This document shows, in pieces, positions 26,045-35,728 of a DNA stretch of 64,000 nucleotides. The notes under the pieces are model-generated. The model ran no database searches. It saw nothing but the letters and a program-made list of their open reading frames with translations, and had not been told where the DNA came from. The stretch is from Candidatus Aenigmatarchaeota archaeon (GTDB lineage: Archaea; Aenigmatarchaeota; Aenigmatarchaeia; PWEA01): positions 15,248-79,247 of the forward strand of contig JBKHHD010000005.1 in the NCBI GenBank assembly GCA_046539325.1, read 5' to 3'. How positions within the stretch are numbered: the first letter of the stretch is position 1; the number at the start of each line of letters is the position of its first letter. The translations under genes and the position numbers were made by a program.

Positions 26045-26542
26045 TTAGTCTTCGTTTGAGGCTATAAACCATACTCCCAGGGATATCACGGCGAGGAATG
26101 CCAGCAGGGTTGCAAGCTCTCTGGTTACCACTACATCAATTCCTAACAGTTCCATGCCTCCTGCACCCACGAATACAATGACTGCAAGAGCTATCATGAT
26201 CGCTCCGAAGACCTTTGGATGTGCCATGAATATATTTTCAGCATCGCTTGCCTTGTAACCAAGAAGCTCCACAAATATTATCGCAACTATTATTCCCATA
26301 CCTATGGCTATGAGACCTGTCAGTAAGTCCTCGAGGAAAGGAGCTATTAGGTTACCTACAGGTAAGACTATAAATGCAGCAACTATAGCAATGACACCTC
26401 TAGCAGAGGATGACTGTGGCATGTCGTAATGCTCAAGAACACCGAAAACTATAGCAAGAGTAAGTAACCACGGCAATAAGTAGGCAAAGAAACCTATTCC
26501 CTGTAGGTTCGTTATCATCTGTCCTATGATACTTCCTGACAT
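26045..26542 (-). CDS. Polytopic membrane protein, LPWLL family paralog C
   Basis: LPWLLTLAIVFGVLE...SARGVIAIVAAF; own TTTAAATA box upstream. Confidence 0.8.
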   Translation of the reverse strand: MSGSIIGQMITNLQGIGFFAYLLPWLLTLAIVFGVLEHYDMPQSSSARGVIAIVAAFIVLPVGNLIAPFLEDLLTGLIAIGMGIIVAIIFVELLGYKASDAENIFMAHPKVFGAIMIALAVIVFVGAGGMELLGIDVVVTRELATLLAFLAVISLGVWFIASNED

Positions 26543-26591
26543 CCTACCACTTTACATTTTACAGGTTACTTATTTAAAGTTTGAGCTATTT

Positions 26592-27080
26592 TCAATCCCC
26601 TTTCTCCATTTTGTAGGCGTTGTAGAATAGGAAAATTGCCAGGAAAAGGCCCACGAGGACTACAAAGTTTTCACTACCCAGTATAGGTATCTCTACTCCT
26701 GTCATGTAGCCCATTCCAAATCCACCGAGGCTCAGGGCCATAAGGAACAATATACCGACTATGATTATCTTATCCTTGTGATCCGTCTCTTCACCAGCAG
26801 TAATGGCCTTTCGGAAGAATGCCAGGAAGAACAGGCCTATGAAAGCCCAGAGGATGAACCCGAAGTAGTTGAAGAAGAAGTTTACGAAGGGTTCGTAGCC
26901 CGCGGCGAAAAAGGCGAAGACAAGTGAGATTATAAGGTTTACAGAACTCTTTCCGAAAAGTCCTTCGTCCTTCTCCCCAGTTATAGACAGCAGACCGTAG
27001 ACCACAGCCAACGTGAAGAAAAACGGCAGATAAGGTTGTATAGCCGGATTCTGAAACAGCTGCATAAATGGCGAGCTCAT
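26592..27080 (-). CDS. Polytopic membrane protein, LPWLL family paralog D
   Basis: LPFFFTLAVVYGLLS...VNLIISLVFAF. Confidence 0.78.
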   Translation of the reverse strand: MSSPFMQLFQNPAIQPYLPFFFTLAVVYGLLSITGEKDEGLFGKSSVNLIISLVFAFFAAGYEPFVNFFFNYFGFILWAFIGLFFLAFFRKAITAGEETDHKDKIIIVGILFLMALSLGGFGMGYMTGVEIPILGSENFVVLVGLFLAIFLFYNAYKMEKGD

Positions 27081-27093
27081 TTCTTATCCCTCG

Positions 27094-27648
27094 TTATAAT
27101 CCCTCTCTTTCAATCTTTTTCCTTTTTTCCTTTAACTCCGTCACCTTTTTGGCATAAACTTCCTTCATCTTTTCACTATCAGCGTGTTCTAGCTTTTTCT
27201 CGTACCTTCTTATATCGTTTTGCAGTTGCCGCAACGCCTTATCCTTCTTCATGCCCTCCTTTATCTTACCACCAACGGATTTCCCAATCTTTCCTCTTAC
27301 TTTAGGTGATCCTATGAACTTGGTTACAAAGAAGTATACTAGTCCGACTACAATACTTAGTACTAGCCACCACATCAGAAGTGGAGCTAATATCGTGCCG
27401 TACCAGCCTTCATATATTACAAATATGTATGCACTCAGACCGAAAAGTATTCCAAGGCCTTTATGAATCTGTTTGACAGGCTTTGAAAGTATGACTAAAA
27501 ATATGAAAAGTACGACGTGAGGCAGTAGAAATGCGTAGATGAAGTCCTGAGTCACGTCTCCAGTGATGCAGCCCCATTTTCCCCCTGCAGAACATTCGGC
27601 AACCTTGAGAATCTCTCTGAATATCAACGTATAGAGGTCAAGACTCAT
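27094..27648 (-). CDS. Membrane protein with basic coiled-coil tail (divergent family member)
   Basis: FLLPHVVLFIFL; 3 TM; K/R-rich helical C-terminus. Confidence 0.72.
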   Translation of the reverse strand: MSLDLYTLIFREILKVAECSAGGKWGCITGDVTQDFIYAFLLPHVVLFIFLVILSKPVKQIHKGLGILFGLSAYIFVIYEGWYGTILAPLLMWWLVLSIVVGLVYFFVTKFIGSPKVRGKIGKSVGGKIKEGMKKDKALRQLQNDIRRYEKKLEHADSEKMKEVYAKKVTELKEKRKKIEREGL

Positions 27649-27701
27649 GCTACCTGCTTTACTTTGTAGAATTGCTTATATAAAAAGATGGAAGTTTAGA
27701 A

Positions 27702-28979
27702 TTACTCGGTGCAGTACTTATTAAACACTTCTTCAAGACCTTCGGAGTAGTTTCCTCTTTCATCGAATTTCTCTTCTAATACCTTACTAAAGGGTCTACT
27801 GAGATATTCACCGATTGAATCTCTTGCTTCTCTACCCTCCCTCAGCTCGTTCTCATAGGCTCCTATAACTTCTTCCATGACCTCATCTTCCGAGTCACCT
27901 TCAACTCCATCCTTTAATTTCTTGGTATGTTCATCGAGATTGTATACGAGATCACTCCTCAATGGAAGAGCTGTTATCATTTTTTCCAGCCCTACGTCTT
28001 CAGTCACTGATTGCAATATTGAATCATGAAGATTCTTGACATCGTCCCTATCTTCTTCTGGAAGCTCATCTCTGAACTTCTTAACTACATACTCTGGTGA
28101 AGTGCTCCCGGCGTTGATCCCATTAACAATCTTGTTCTTGATATCCTCTTCGTTTTCCTCCACATAATCTTTATCGCCAAGTTCATCATCTTCCAAGATT
28201 TCTTCATGGCCGAAATCGTACTGTTCGCCTTCCATGCCATACTTTCTCCTAAGTCCTATTCCCTTTAGCATCAGCTCTGCGAATTCATTGGTCTTGCATA
28301 TCCTTTTGATATCATTCTCTACATCATTGGCCCATTCTTCTATCTGTTCGCTATATTGCTTGATCTTATCAAAATCACCGGTTTCATCTCTTTTGGAATT
28401 GATTCCATCGACATTGTTTTTCATATTTTCTACGGTGTTCTTTTCCATTGCAAGGAACTGAGAAATCTTGTCGTAGGCGTAACAGGGATCATCAGTCTCA
28501 AGTTCTTGCTGAAGCTCATTTATGTATTGAATCTCCTCGTCGGCAGCACCAATTATATTCTCGAGATTTTCTTCAAGAACTTCCTTGTAATCGTCAATAC
28601 CCTCTGCCTCTTCCTCCGATTCTTCAGACTTGCAGTTTATATCATCGGTTTTATCCATAGGATCTTTGAACTTTTCTAGGTGACCCACTGCAGCCTCTTT
28701 TACTTTATTTGAATCGGAATCTGCTTCCCCTTCTTCGTATTTTCTTTTATTTTCTTCTATGGTCCGACCTGTCTCGGTGAATTCTTCATTACCCCTATGG
28801 TAAACTTTTATGTTTTCGTTTGCCTCTTGTTTATTTTCCTCAGATTTTTCGATAGAATCCTCAATTTCCTCTATGTTTTCGCGCCCCCTTTCCTCCGAAT
28901 CCTCGAATATCTTATTTTCAATTTCAGCTCTTTTCTCGAACTCTTCTAGTGCTCTCCCGAAGTGACTTTTTTCAGGCAT
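27702..28979 (-). CDS. Highly acidic helical hypothetical protein
   Basis: 425-aa ORF, very D/E-rich, coiled-coil-like. Confidence 0.7.
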   Translation of the reverse strand: MPEKSHFGRALEEFEKRAEIENKIFEDSEERGRENIEEIEDSIEKSEENKQEANENIKVYHRGNEEFTETGRTIEENKRKYEEGEADSDSNKVKEAAVGHLEKFKDPMDKTDDINCKSEESEEEAEGIDDYKEVLEENLENIIGAADEEIQYINELQQELETDDPCYAYDKISQFLAMEKNTVENMKNNVDGINSKRDETGDFDKIKQYSEQIEEWANDVENDIKRICKTNEFAELMLKGIGLRRKYGMEGEQYDFGHEEILEDDELGDKDYVEENEEDIKNKIVNGINAGSTSPEYVVKKFRDELPEEDRDDVKNLHDSILQSVTEDVGLEKMITALPLRSDLVYNLDEHTKKLKDGVEGDSEDEVMEEVIGAYENELREGREARDSIGEYLSRPFSKVLEEKFDERGNYSEGLEEVFNKYCTE

Positions 28980-28982
28980 GGT

Positions 28983-29711
28983 CTATCCCTCTAAAGATTT
29001 TTCCTCCGCTTCTTCTTTCAATTTTTCGGCAATTTGACCCTTTTCACCGATCTTTTTCAAGGCTTCGTCTTTGTATCCCTTTTCCCAAAGCTCTTCGAAT
29101 ACTCTGTACTTTTCAGGTATCTCGCTGTCGTAGCTAGGCTTTGCAGTCATACCTTCGTAAACGTTCCCAGCTACTTCGCTTACGAAAGGACCTGTAAACA
29201 GATCAAGAGGACCGGCATTTAGAACAGATCCACCGGTTTCGTTTTTTATTGTTCCCTTGGACTTATCCGAATTCCAATTGAAGTCAAAACTTCTTTCATA
29301 ACTGTCGACATTGTTACTGGAAGAACCGTTCTTATCGTAAAGGTCGCCAAGTCCATCACCGTCCGAAGTCCCACCGTACTCTTTGATGAAATTCTCGATA
29401 TTTTCCAAAGCATCCGTGTGGTCACCTAGTTCTTCATGGAAGGTATCGTATTTCTTAAGTGTATCGTCATTTGATTGGCTTGAGTTCTTGTCATAAAGAA
29501 TCATGTCAGTGTCTTCAGGGTTATCTATTTTCTCCCAGCCCTCTTCTTCCAGGTAGCTTTTCTCGTCACCGTTTCCTGTCCTGTAGGCAATCCCGGAATC
29601 AGGATCTTCCATAATAGCATATTCGTCCATACTGATACCATCTTTACCCTGTTCTTTAGCTTCCTTGATATCTTCAAAGGCCTTTTCGTATCCATTTTGG
29701 TTTTCAGGCAT
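28983..29711 (-). CDS. Acidic hypothetical protein
   Basis: 242-aa ORF with GGTGA RBS and TTTAAATA box upstream. Confidence 0.68.
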   Translation of the reverse strand: MPENQNGYEKAFEDIKEAKEQGKDGISMDEYAIMEDPDSGIAYRTGNGDEKSYLEEEGWEKIDNPEDTDMILYDKNSSQSNDDTLKKYDTFHEELGDHTDALENIENFIKEYGGTSDGDGLGDLYDKNGSSSNNVDSYERSFDFNWNSDKSKGTIKNETGGSVLNAGPLDLFTGPFVSEVAGNVYEGMTAKPSYDSEIPEKYRVFEELWEKGYKDEALKKIGEKGQIAEKLKEEAEEKSLEG

Positions 29712-29831
29712 TTTATCACCAAGTAGTAATTAACACTCTTACTATTTAAAGGTTGGGGTTATTTTTAACTCTTTAGTGGTTACAGGATATATTCTTTCCT
29801 AAAGAATTTATACTTTGAGAACGAGAACTGG

Positions 29832-30074
29832 CTACCTTCTTTTTAATCCGTTCAATTCCTCGCCGATCTCAAGCCAGCTCCATGCCCATACCACTGCCTC
29901 GAAGGCCCGGACCAGGTCACCTTCTTCAAGGAAGTGCTCCGCGTCCTTCGTGTAAGCTTCTATGTTTTCGACGAACATCTCCCCCTTCCCAGCAGCCGAA
30001 TCTATGTCTTCGTCCTTGAGCTTCTCCAGCCACTTCTTCGTTTCGTCCTCCAGTTGTTTCTCTGTTTCAGTCAT
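29832..30074 (-). CDS. DUF357 family protein
   Basis: NIEAY.KDAEHFLEEGDLVRAFEAVVWAWSWLE; downstream of dph5. Confidence 0.85.
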   Translation of the reverse strand: MTETEKQLEDETKKWLEKLKDEDIDSAAGKGEMFVENIEAYTKDAEHFLEEGDLVRAFEAVVWAWSWLEIGEELNGLKRR

Positions 30075-30083
30075 AGAGACACC

Positions 30084-30824
30084 CTAGTCGGCGAGGACCT
30101 CCAGAGCTTCTTCCTCTTTTTCGTGAAGTTTTCCAGGAAAGATTATGACCGCGGGCGTCGGAAAGTCCCTTTTCAGGAGCTTGGAGACCTCTTCGTAGGC
30201 CATGCTTTTGTCTTCGGGACCTACACTCAAAGCCACGACCTTCATGTCCTTGTTTATTATTCCGTTCTGTTTCTCTTCCTCCAGTTTCAGAAGATATTCC
30301 AGACCTTCACCCACCTCCATAGGCCTGTCCTTTATGTCCAGGAGAGCCAGGGTGTGGAGTCCGCGTTCCTTGTTTTCCTCTATCGCTTCGTAGGGCGACC
30401 GTGGGCGGTAGTTCTTCTGTGGAATCGGTATCGTAGTTGTCTTCCCGAATTTGTATATCTGGAGCCCTGTCTCCGCTACGGCTGAGTATATCGATGAGGA
30501 GTGAACTACTTCCGTTTCCACGTTTTTTCTCTCCGCCTGCAGGAGTAGCTCCACGTGCGTCGTCGCAACCAGTGGATCACCGGGTATCAGAACGGCTACG
30601 TCCTCTTCCTCCGCCGGCTTCAGCACCCTGTCTGCATTTTCCTCAAGATCGCTTCTCTCGACCGATTCTACGTTCTTTTCCACGAGATCTCTGAGACCTT
30701 CTAGGCCTTTCCATGGCGAGGTATAGCTCTCCAGGAAGACCTTGTCTGCCTTCTCTATGGCTTCGACTCCACGGAGGCTTATATCCTTCTCATCGCTTAG
30801 ACCGAGACCAACTAGTGTGAGCAT
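30084..30824 (-). CDS. dph5: Diphthine synthase
   Basis: MLTLVGLGLSDEKDIS, LESYTS, GDPLVATTH, GLQIYKFGKTTTI, GLHTLALLDI. Confidence 0.95.
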   Translation of the reverse strand: MLTLVGLGLSDEKDISLRGVEAIEKADKVFLESYTSPWKGLEGLRDLVEKNVESVERSDLEENADRVLKPAEEEDVAVLIPGDPLVATTHVELLLQAERKNVETEVVHSSSIYSAVAETGLQIYKFGKTTTIPIPQKNYRPRSPYEAIEENKERGLHTLALLDIKDRPMEVGEGLEYLLKLEEEKQNGIINKDMKVVALSVGPEDKSMAYEEVSKLLKRDFPTPAVIIFPGKLHEKEEEALEVLAD

Positions 30825-30856
30825 GGGAAAAGTAAAGCACTGGAACTTTAAATATC

Positions 30857-31552
30857 CTAGTTGCCGCGGTACAGCCTCTCTGCCAGACTGTCCGGTAACT
30901 TCGTTTGTCTTATGGCCGCGGTGACTTTTTCGATGTCGTACTCCGTTCTTCGGTGATCTACTGTCATGTTTTCTGTGTCGAAAACTGCGTAGCTTGCCCT
31001 GCTGTCGCCGTCCCTTGGTTGTCCTACGGAGCCTGGGTTTGCTATAAGACCCTTTTTTGTTTCCCGTCGAAAGGGTATGTGCGTATGTCCCAGGAGAATG
31101 ACGTCAGTTTGCGTTTCCTCGAGGAAACCGTCAAGAACTTCGTCTTCCGTCTTCTCGCCTATGTATTCATTCAGCGGGTCTCTTGGACTTCCATGTGCTA
31201 GGAAAAGACCCTTCCCTTTTATATCGACTGCTTTGTACTCCTCGAGCTTCTCAAGGAAGTTCAGGCTTTCGTCCCGAATATTTTCCTTCGTCCACTCCGC
31301 AGCCTTGAGGGCATCCGGACTGAACCTTGCGGTTTTGCCGCCCAGAACCCTTTCATCGTGGTTGCCCTTTACACATATTTTCTTTGTTTCCGTTTCCTGT
31401 AGGGCTTCTATCGTTTTGTTGGGAAAGGGTCCGTATCCCACGATGTCGCCCAGGCAGACGAGCAGCTCTATGTCTTCTTTTCCCATTCCTTCTAGAACTG
31501 ATTCCAGGGCAGGTAGGTTCGAGTGAACGTCGGAAATAACGCCTATTTTCAT
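30857..31552 (-). CDS. Calcineurin-like metallophosphoesterase (YfcE/MJ0936 type)
   Basis: SDVHSN, GDIVGYG, GNHD, HGSP, GHTH, NPGSVGQPRDG. Confidence 0.93.
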   Translation of the reverse strand: MKIGVISDVHSNLPALESVLEGMGKEDIELLVCLGDIVGYGPFPNKTIEALQETETKKICVKGNHDERVLGGKTARFSPDALKAAEWTKENIRDESLNFLEKLEEYKAVDIKGKGLFLAHGSPRDPLNEYIGEKTEDEVLDGFLEETQTDVILLGHTHIPFRRETKKGLIANPGSVGQPRDGDSRASYAVFDTENMTVDHRRTEYDIEKVTAAIRQTKLPDSLAERLYRGN

Positions 31553-31594
31553 GTCTCTATAAAGTTTTATCTGTAGATTTAACTAAGTAAGTGT

Positions 31595-33073
31595 ATGTCC
31601 TCCGGGTTCAAGAGATTCTCCGCAGCCTTCGTATTTGTGTTGATGTTTGTCCTAGCCACAGCTCCGTCCGCAGCCTCTGTCATTCATAGAGTCGATATTC
31701 AGGGAGACGAAATCACGGTAAATTCGTCCTTTGTTACGGAAACGGACGAACCAACAGGCGGAACGAAAGTTACTTTGAGACAGGATGGAGATATGGAGAT
31801 TATTTCTGTTGAAAGTTCGTCGGGGGAAGCCTCCTATACTGATCGTAACGGGAGCCTGGTACTGGAGACAGATTCCACTTTTCCGAGAAAAGAGCATAGT
31901 GTAAAGGTAAGATGGAGGCCAAAACAAGGGATCAGACAATCGTTTGAAGGACTCCGAAGACTCGACTTCGGACTGTTTGGGTTTGAGGACGAAGAAACCA
32001 AGGCAGTGGTGCAAAGCCCGGATATACTTTCGTGGCATGAGCCCCTTTCCTTCAGGTCACAGTATTTTAACAAAAGCCTGAGGTTTGAAGGCGAAGGCTA
32101 TCTGTTGATAAGTGGCTATATGTCCGATGAGGGCAGGACAACGGACACCTATTATTATTCTGGAAACCATAATCTTTCAGTAGTTGAAGAGCTTGTCCCT
32201 CTTGTGGAGTACGTCACGGGAACCTTGAATCCACATGAGAGGATTCCTGTAGTTTTTCTTGGGGACGAGGCTTACAACGAAGAGTTTACAGAGTGGAGTA
32301 AAGGTACGTATGAGACCGGAGGACTTGTGGTTGTGCGCGACAGCCTCCAAGGTACTGATAGGATAAGCACGGTTCTTCATGAGACGGTACATGGATTTAA
32401 TTCAAGAGCCTTGAAATGGGATGAGACAAAAACTGACTACTACGATGAGGGGATGGCCAAGTTCGTAGAACTCCTTGTATCTGAAGCCATGAATTCACCG
32501 AGGGCTGAGATCTTTGGTGAAGAGGTTATATTTGAGGAGAATGGTAGCAGGTATAGACTCCCGCCAAGGTCTTCAGAAGAGGAACTTTGGAGTTACTACA
32601 GGGAAGAGGAAGACTGGATAAAACACTGGTCTCCGAGAAGGGGAGAGTTTTCCGAAGCCAGGGAGTTCGGATACGCTCTCTCGGAGCTTATCGTTCGGAA
32701 CAAGGTTGAGGAGGAAGGAGTTGAGTCTCTCCAGGATCTTCGCCGTAAACTTTCGCAGGTCGAGAGGAGAATCGAGGATCATGAGGAAAAAGCTGAACTA
32801 ATGGAGCAGTGGATAGATTTAAGACCTTGCTACAGTGAAAACAGGAGTGAGTTTGAAGCATGTCTTGACAATGTAAACGATCAGAGTTTTGATCTCGAAG
32901 AAATGAATCTTAACCACACCTTTGAAGATGACAGGGAAGAGATAGAGATTGAGGAGAGGGTTGTCGAAGAGGTGGATGCTTCGGGACAGATAGAACTTTT
33001 CTTCGAAAACTTTTTACGGAACGTTGAGAGAGCTTTAGCAGGTGTTTCCCAATGGATCTCAAAGAGGCTTTAG
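31595..33073 (+). CDS. Secreted zinc metallopeptidase (gluzincin/M1-like)
   Basis: Sec signal peptide; HETVH followed by DEGMA. Confidence 0.7.
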   Translation: MSSGFKRFSAAFVFVLMFVLATAPSAASVIHRVDIQGDEITVNSSFVTETDEPTGGTKVTLRQDGDMEIISVESSSGEASYTDRNGSLVLETDSTFPRKEHSVKVRWRPKQGIRQSFEGLRRLDFGLFGFEDEETKAVVQSPDILSWHEPLSFRSQYFNKSLRFEGEGYLLISGYMSDEGRTTDTYYYSGNHNLSVVEELVPLVEYVTGTLNPHERIPVVFLGDEAYNEEFTEWSKGTYETGGLVVVRDSLQGTDRISTVLHETVHGFNSRALKWDETKTDYYDEGMAKFVELLVSEAMNSPRAEIFGEEVIFEENGSRYRLPPRSSEEELWSYYREEEDWIKHWSPRRGEFSEAREFGYALSELIVRNKVEEEGVESLQDLRRKLSQVERRIEDHEEKAELMEQWIDLRPCYSENRSEFEACLDNVNDQSFDLEEMNLNHTFEDDREEIEIEERVVEEVDASGQIELFFENFLRNVERALAGVSQWISKRL

Positions 33074-33888
33074 AGGGCGAGCTTACAGAGGAAGAATTGG
33101 ATTACCTTGTCAAGTCCTTCGAGGTTATAGGAGATATAGCTGTGATAGAGATTCCTGAGGAGCTGGAACACAGAAAGGAGCTTATAGGCGAGAAGTTGAT
33201 GGAGCTTAACAGCCATATACGTACAGTTCTCCGTGAAGTTTCAGGAAGGAAAGGGAAGTTCCGCACGAGAGATTATGAGTTTGTAGCTGGAGAGGAGGAT
33301 ACGGAAACTGTGCACAAGGAGCATGGCTGTCGCTTCAGGTTGGATCCTACAGAGATGTATTTTTCTGAGAGGGAAGGTAAGGAACGGGAGAGAATAGTTG
33401 AGCAGGTTGAGGAGGGGGAAGTTGTTATGGTTATGTTTGCAGGCGTTGGGCCCTTTCCAATAAGGATAGCAAGAGCTAAAGACGTGAAAAAAGTATATGC
33501 AGTCGAACTGAACCCCGAAGCTTACAAATATTTAGAGGAGAACGTTGAGCTGAACAAGCTTGAAGATAAAGTGATTCCAATGAAAGGCGATGTAAGGGAC
33601 ATTTGTCCTGAATACTTCGGACAGTGTGATAGAGTTGTTATGCCTCTTCCAAAGGGATCAGATAAGTTCCTTGATATGGCCGTCAAGTGCTTGAAGGCCG
33701 AAGGCATAGTTCATTACTACAGCTGGAGCGAGGATGAGAATTTGTTTGAAGATTCATATAAGCTTTTGAAAAAAACTGCTTCCCAACAGAGCAAAACTCT
33801 CGAGGTCTTAGATAGGAGAAAGGTCCTTCCTTACGCCCCTGGCAAATGGAAGATCTGCCTTGACTGTCTCTTTGAGAATAAAAAATAA
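33052..33888 (+). CDS. trm5: tRNA (guanine37-N1)-methyltransferase Trm5 family
   Basis: FEVIGDIA, HKEHGCRF.LD, MFAGVGPF, ELNPEA, DRVVMPLP. Confidence 0.88.
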   Translation: MDLKEALEGELTEEELDYLVKSFEVIGDIAVIEIPEELEHRKELIGEKLMELNSHIRTVLREVSGRKGKFRTRDYEFVAGEEDTETVHKEHGCRFRLDPTEMYFSEREGKERERIVEQVEEGEVVMVMFAGVGPFPIRIARAKDVKKVYAVELNPEAYKYLEENVELNKLEDKVIPMKGDVRDICPEYFGQCDRVVMPLPKGSDKFLDMAVKCLKAEGIVHYYSWSEDENLFEDSYKLLKKTASQQSKTLEVLDRRKVLPYAPGKWKICLDCLFENKK

Positions 33889-33915
33889 GAAAAGGACTGG
33901 TGGGGGTTTTTTGTT
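33880..33915. terminator. Putative bidirectional oligo-T terminator
   Basis: T-tracts on both strands between convergent genes. Confidence 0.45.
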
Positions 33916-33917
33916 TC

Positions 33918-34184
33918 CTACTCTTCCATTGCTAACTTGTAAGCTACCATCAGGGCTCCTACAAGTACGAAGATCCATCCTATGAGACCGAAAAGGTAGG
34001 ATCCCCAGGTAGCGAGTTGTGCTGCCTCTTCAACTACAAGCTCCGTCTGTCCAAAGGAGTAAGCAAGGAGGTAAAGTGCACCTGCTCCAGCGATCAGTGA
34101 AAATCCTCTCTTTGCTTTCTCCATTAGGCCTGCGTACTTAGCAAGTACGGGAGCCAAGAGGCAAACTAAAATGAATATTTCCAT
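33918..34184 (-). CDS. Small 3-TM membrane protein
   Basis: 88 aa, hydrophobic; has its own promoter and terminator. Confidence 0.7.
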   Translation of the reverse strand: MEIFILVCLLAPVLAKYAGLMEKAKRGFSLIAGAGALYLLAYSFGQTELVVEEAAQLATWGSYLFGLIGWIFVLVGALMVAYKLAMEE

Positions 34185-34199
34185 GGTTTATCACGTATG

Positions 34200-34227
34200 A
34201 TATCAATTGATATAGTTTATATATAAA
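34200..34227 (-). promoter_or_regulatory. TATA box (tttatatataaa) plus a 14-bp palindrome ATATCAATTGATAT (possible operator)
   Basis: Perfect palindrome 34200-34213 lies between the TATA-like element 34216-34227 and the start at 34184. Confidence 0.5.
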
Positions 34228-34294
34228 GATGACCTCGATATGTGTCGATAAAGTCCATATTTAGTGTGTGTCGTGGAAGCTTCTTTCCAAGGAG

Positions 34295-34846
34295 CTATTG
34301 TTTAAATATCTGACCCTGAAAAGACTTTATCTCTGTGTAGTCTTTCCTCCAAGCCTGAGATGGAAGCCGGGCTTTCCTGCAGAGACCTTCTAAGTACTCT
34401 TCACAGTTCCAGTCTTGATCGACAGGGACCTGAGGAAGCAGAAGACCTTCGTTTCCTTGTCCCTCTATCAACAGGCCGTGTTTACCCACCTCTATTTTCT
34501 TCAGGTAGTCCTCGGGCTCCTCTACTTCAACTTTCTCCGGTTCTGCTAGAACTGTAACTTCTATTTCGATGCTTTCGAGCCCCTCTGGCTTCAAGGGTGG
34601 GAACCTCCTGTCGTCAGCTGCGGACTGGGCGGCTCTCTTGACGGCTTCTCCGAGTGGAAAATCAGGAAAAGGAAGTCCAACACAGCCTCTAAGCTCTCCG
34701 TTCTTGTTCAGGGTAACGAAGACACCCTTTTCTTCCTCTAAAAAATCCTCGTTAGGGACCTCCGGAAGATCCTCGTTTCTAACGTAGCTCTCCAGGACCT
34801 TGCGAGCGTACCTTACAATTTCCTCGCCTTGTTCTTCGGTAAGCAT
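34295..34846 (-). CDS. AMMECR1 domain protein (TIGR00296)
   Basis: GVFVTL...LRGCVG, DRRFPPL, IEVTVL, GKHGL, GLLLPQV. Confidence 0.93.
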   Translation of the reverse strand: MLTEEQGEEIVRYARKVLESYVRNEDLPEVPNEDFLEEEKGVFVTLNKNGELRGCVGLPFPDFPLGEAVKRAAQSAADDRRFPPLKPEGLESIEIEVTVLAEPEKVEVEEPEDYLKKIEVGKHGLLIEGQGNEGLLLPQVPVDQDWNCEEYLEGLCRKARLPSQAWRKDYTEIKSFQGQIFKQ

Positions 34847-34875
34847 ATGGAAACTTGTTGTTTTTGGAATAAAAA

Positions 34876-34953
34876 TGGTAGCGGGGGGACGATTTGAACG
34901 TCCGACCTCCGGGTTATGAGCCCGACGAGCACTCCAGGCTGCTCTACCCCGCT
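34876..34953 (-). tRNA. Initiator tRNA-Met(CAT)
   Basis: AGCGGGG acceptor stem with A1-U72, three G-C pairs closing the anticodon loop CT-CAT-AA, TTCAAAT loop, encoded CCA. Confidence 0.95.
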
Positions 34954-35053
34954 ATATTTCTACCTTAATTGAATTGTTAGGTAAGCTTTTAAACTTTTTG
35001 AATTTCAACGAATCTTATTAACCTCAAGAATAGTTCCTTAAAAGGTGATTTAA

Positions 35054-35728
35054 ATGACGAAACTGGTTCTTGGCGTGGACGAAGCAGGCAGAGGAGCGGT
35101 TGTAGGTCCTTTGTGTATAGCGGCCGTTGTTGTGGAGGAAGGGAAGGAGAAGGAGCTGGACGATATGGGAGTTGATGATTCGAAGAAACTGAGCCGGAGC
35201 AGGAGGGAGGAGCTGGAGGAGAAAATAAAGAAGGTAGCCGAAGACTTTGCTGTTCTGAAGATAGATGCCAATACGATAGATGAGGAGATGAAACGGAAGA
35301 GTTTGAATCTCATAGAATCGGTGAGGATGGCAGAGCTTATAGAGACCTTAAAGCCTGGTAAAGCAATAGTTGATGCCACAGAAGCGAAGACTGAAAAGGT
35401 CAAGAAAACCATTCAGGGCCTTCTCAGTGAAAAAGTCAAAGATAAGGTCGAGATAGTTTCTGAGAACCGTGCGGACGAAAACTATGCCGTGGTTTCCGCT
35501 GCCTCAATCCTTGCGAAGGTTACACGGGATAATTCTGTCTTGGAGATAGAAAAGGACATAGAGGAGGAAATAGGTAATGGATATCCAAGTGATCCAAGAA
35601 CCAAGGAGTTTCTTGAGAGAATTATGAAGGATAAAGGAAGTTTTCCGGGAGTAGTTAGAGAGAGCTGGGTCACGGCAGAAAGAATAGCTGAAAGGAAGGA
35701 GCAGGAAGACTTATCTGGTTTCTGTTAG
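35054..35728 (+). CDS. rnhB: Ribonuclease HII
   Basis: GVDEAGRG.V.GP, DSKKL, VSAASILAKV.RD, GYPSDP; PIP box QEDLSGF. Confidence 0.96.
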   Translation: MTKLVLGVDEAGRGAVVGPLCIAAVVVEEGKEKELDDMGVDDSKKLSRSRREELEEKIKKVAEDFAVLKIDANTIDEEMKRKSLNLIESVRMAELIETLKPGKAIVDATEAKTEKVKKTIQGLLSEKVKDKVEIVSENRADENYAVVSAASILAKVTRDNSVLEIEKDIEEEIGNGYPSDPRTKEFLERIMKDKGSFPGVVRESWVTAERIAERKEQEDLSGFC

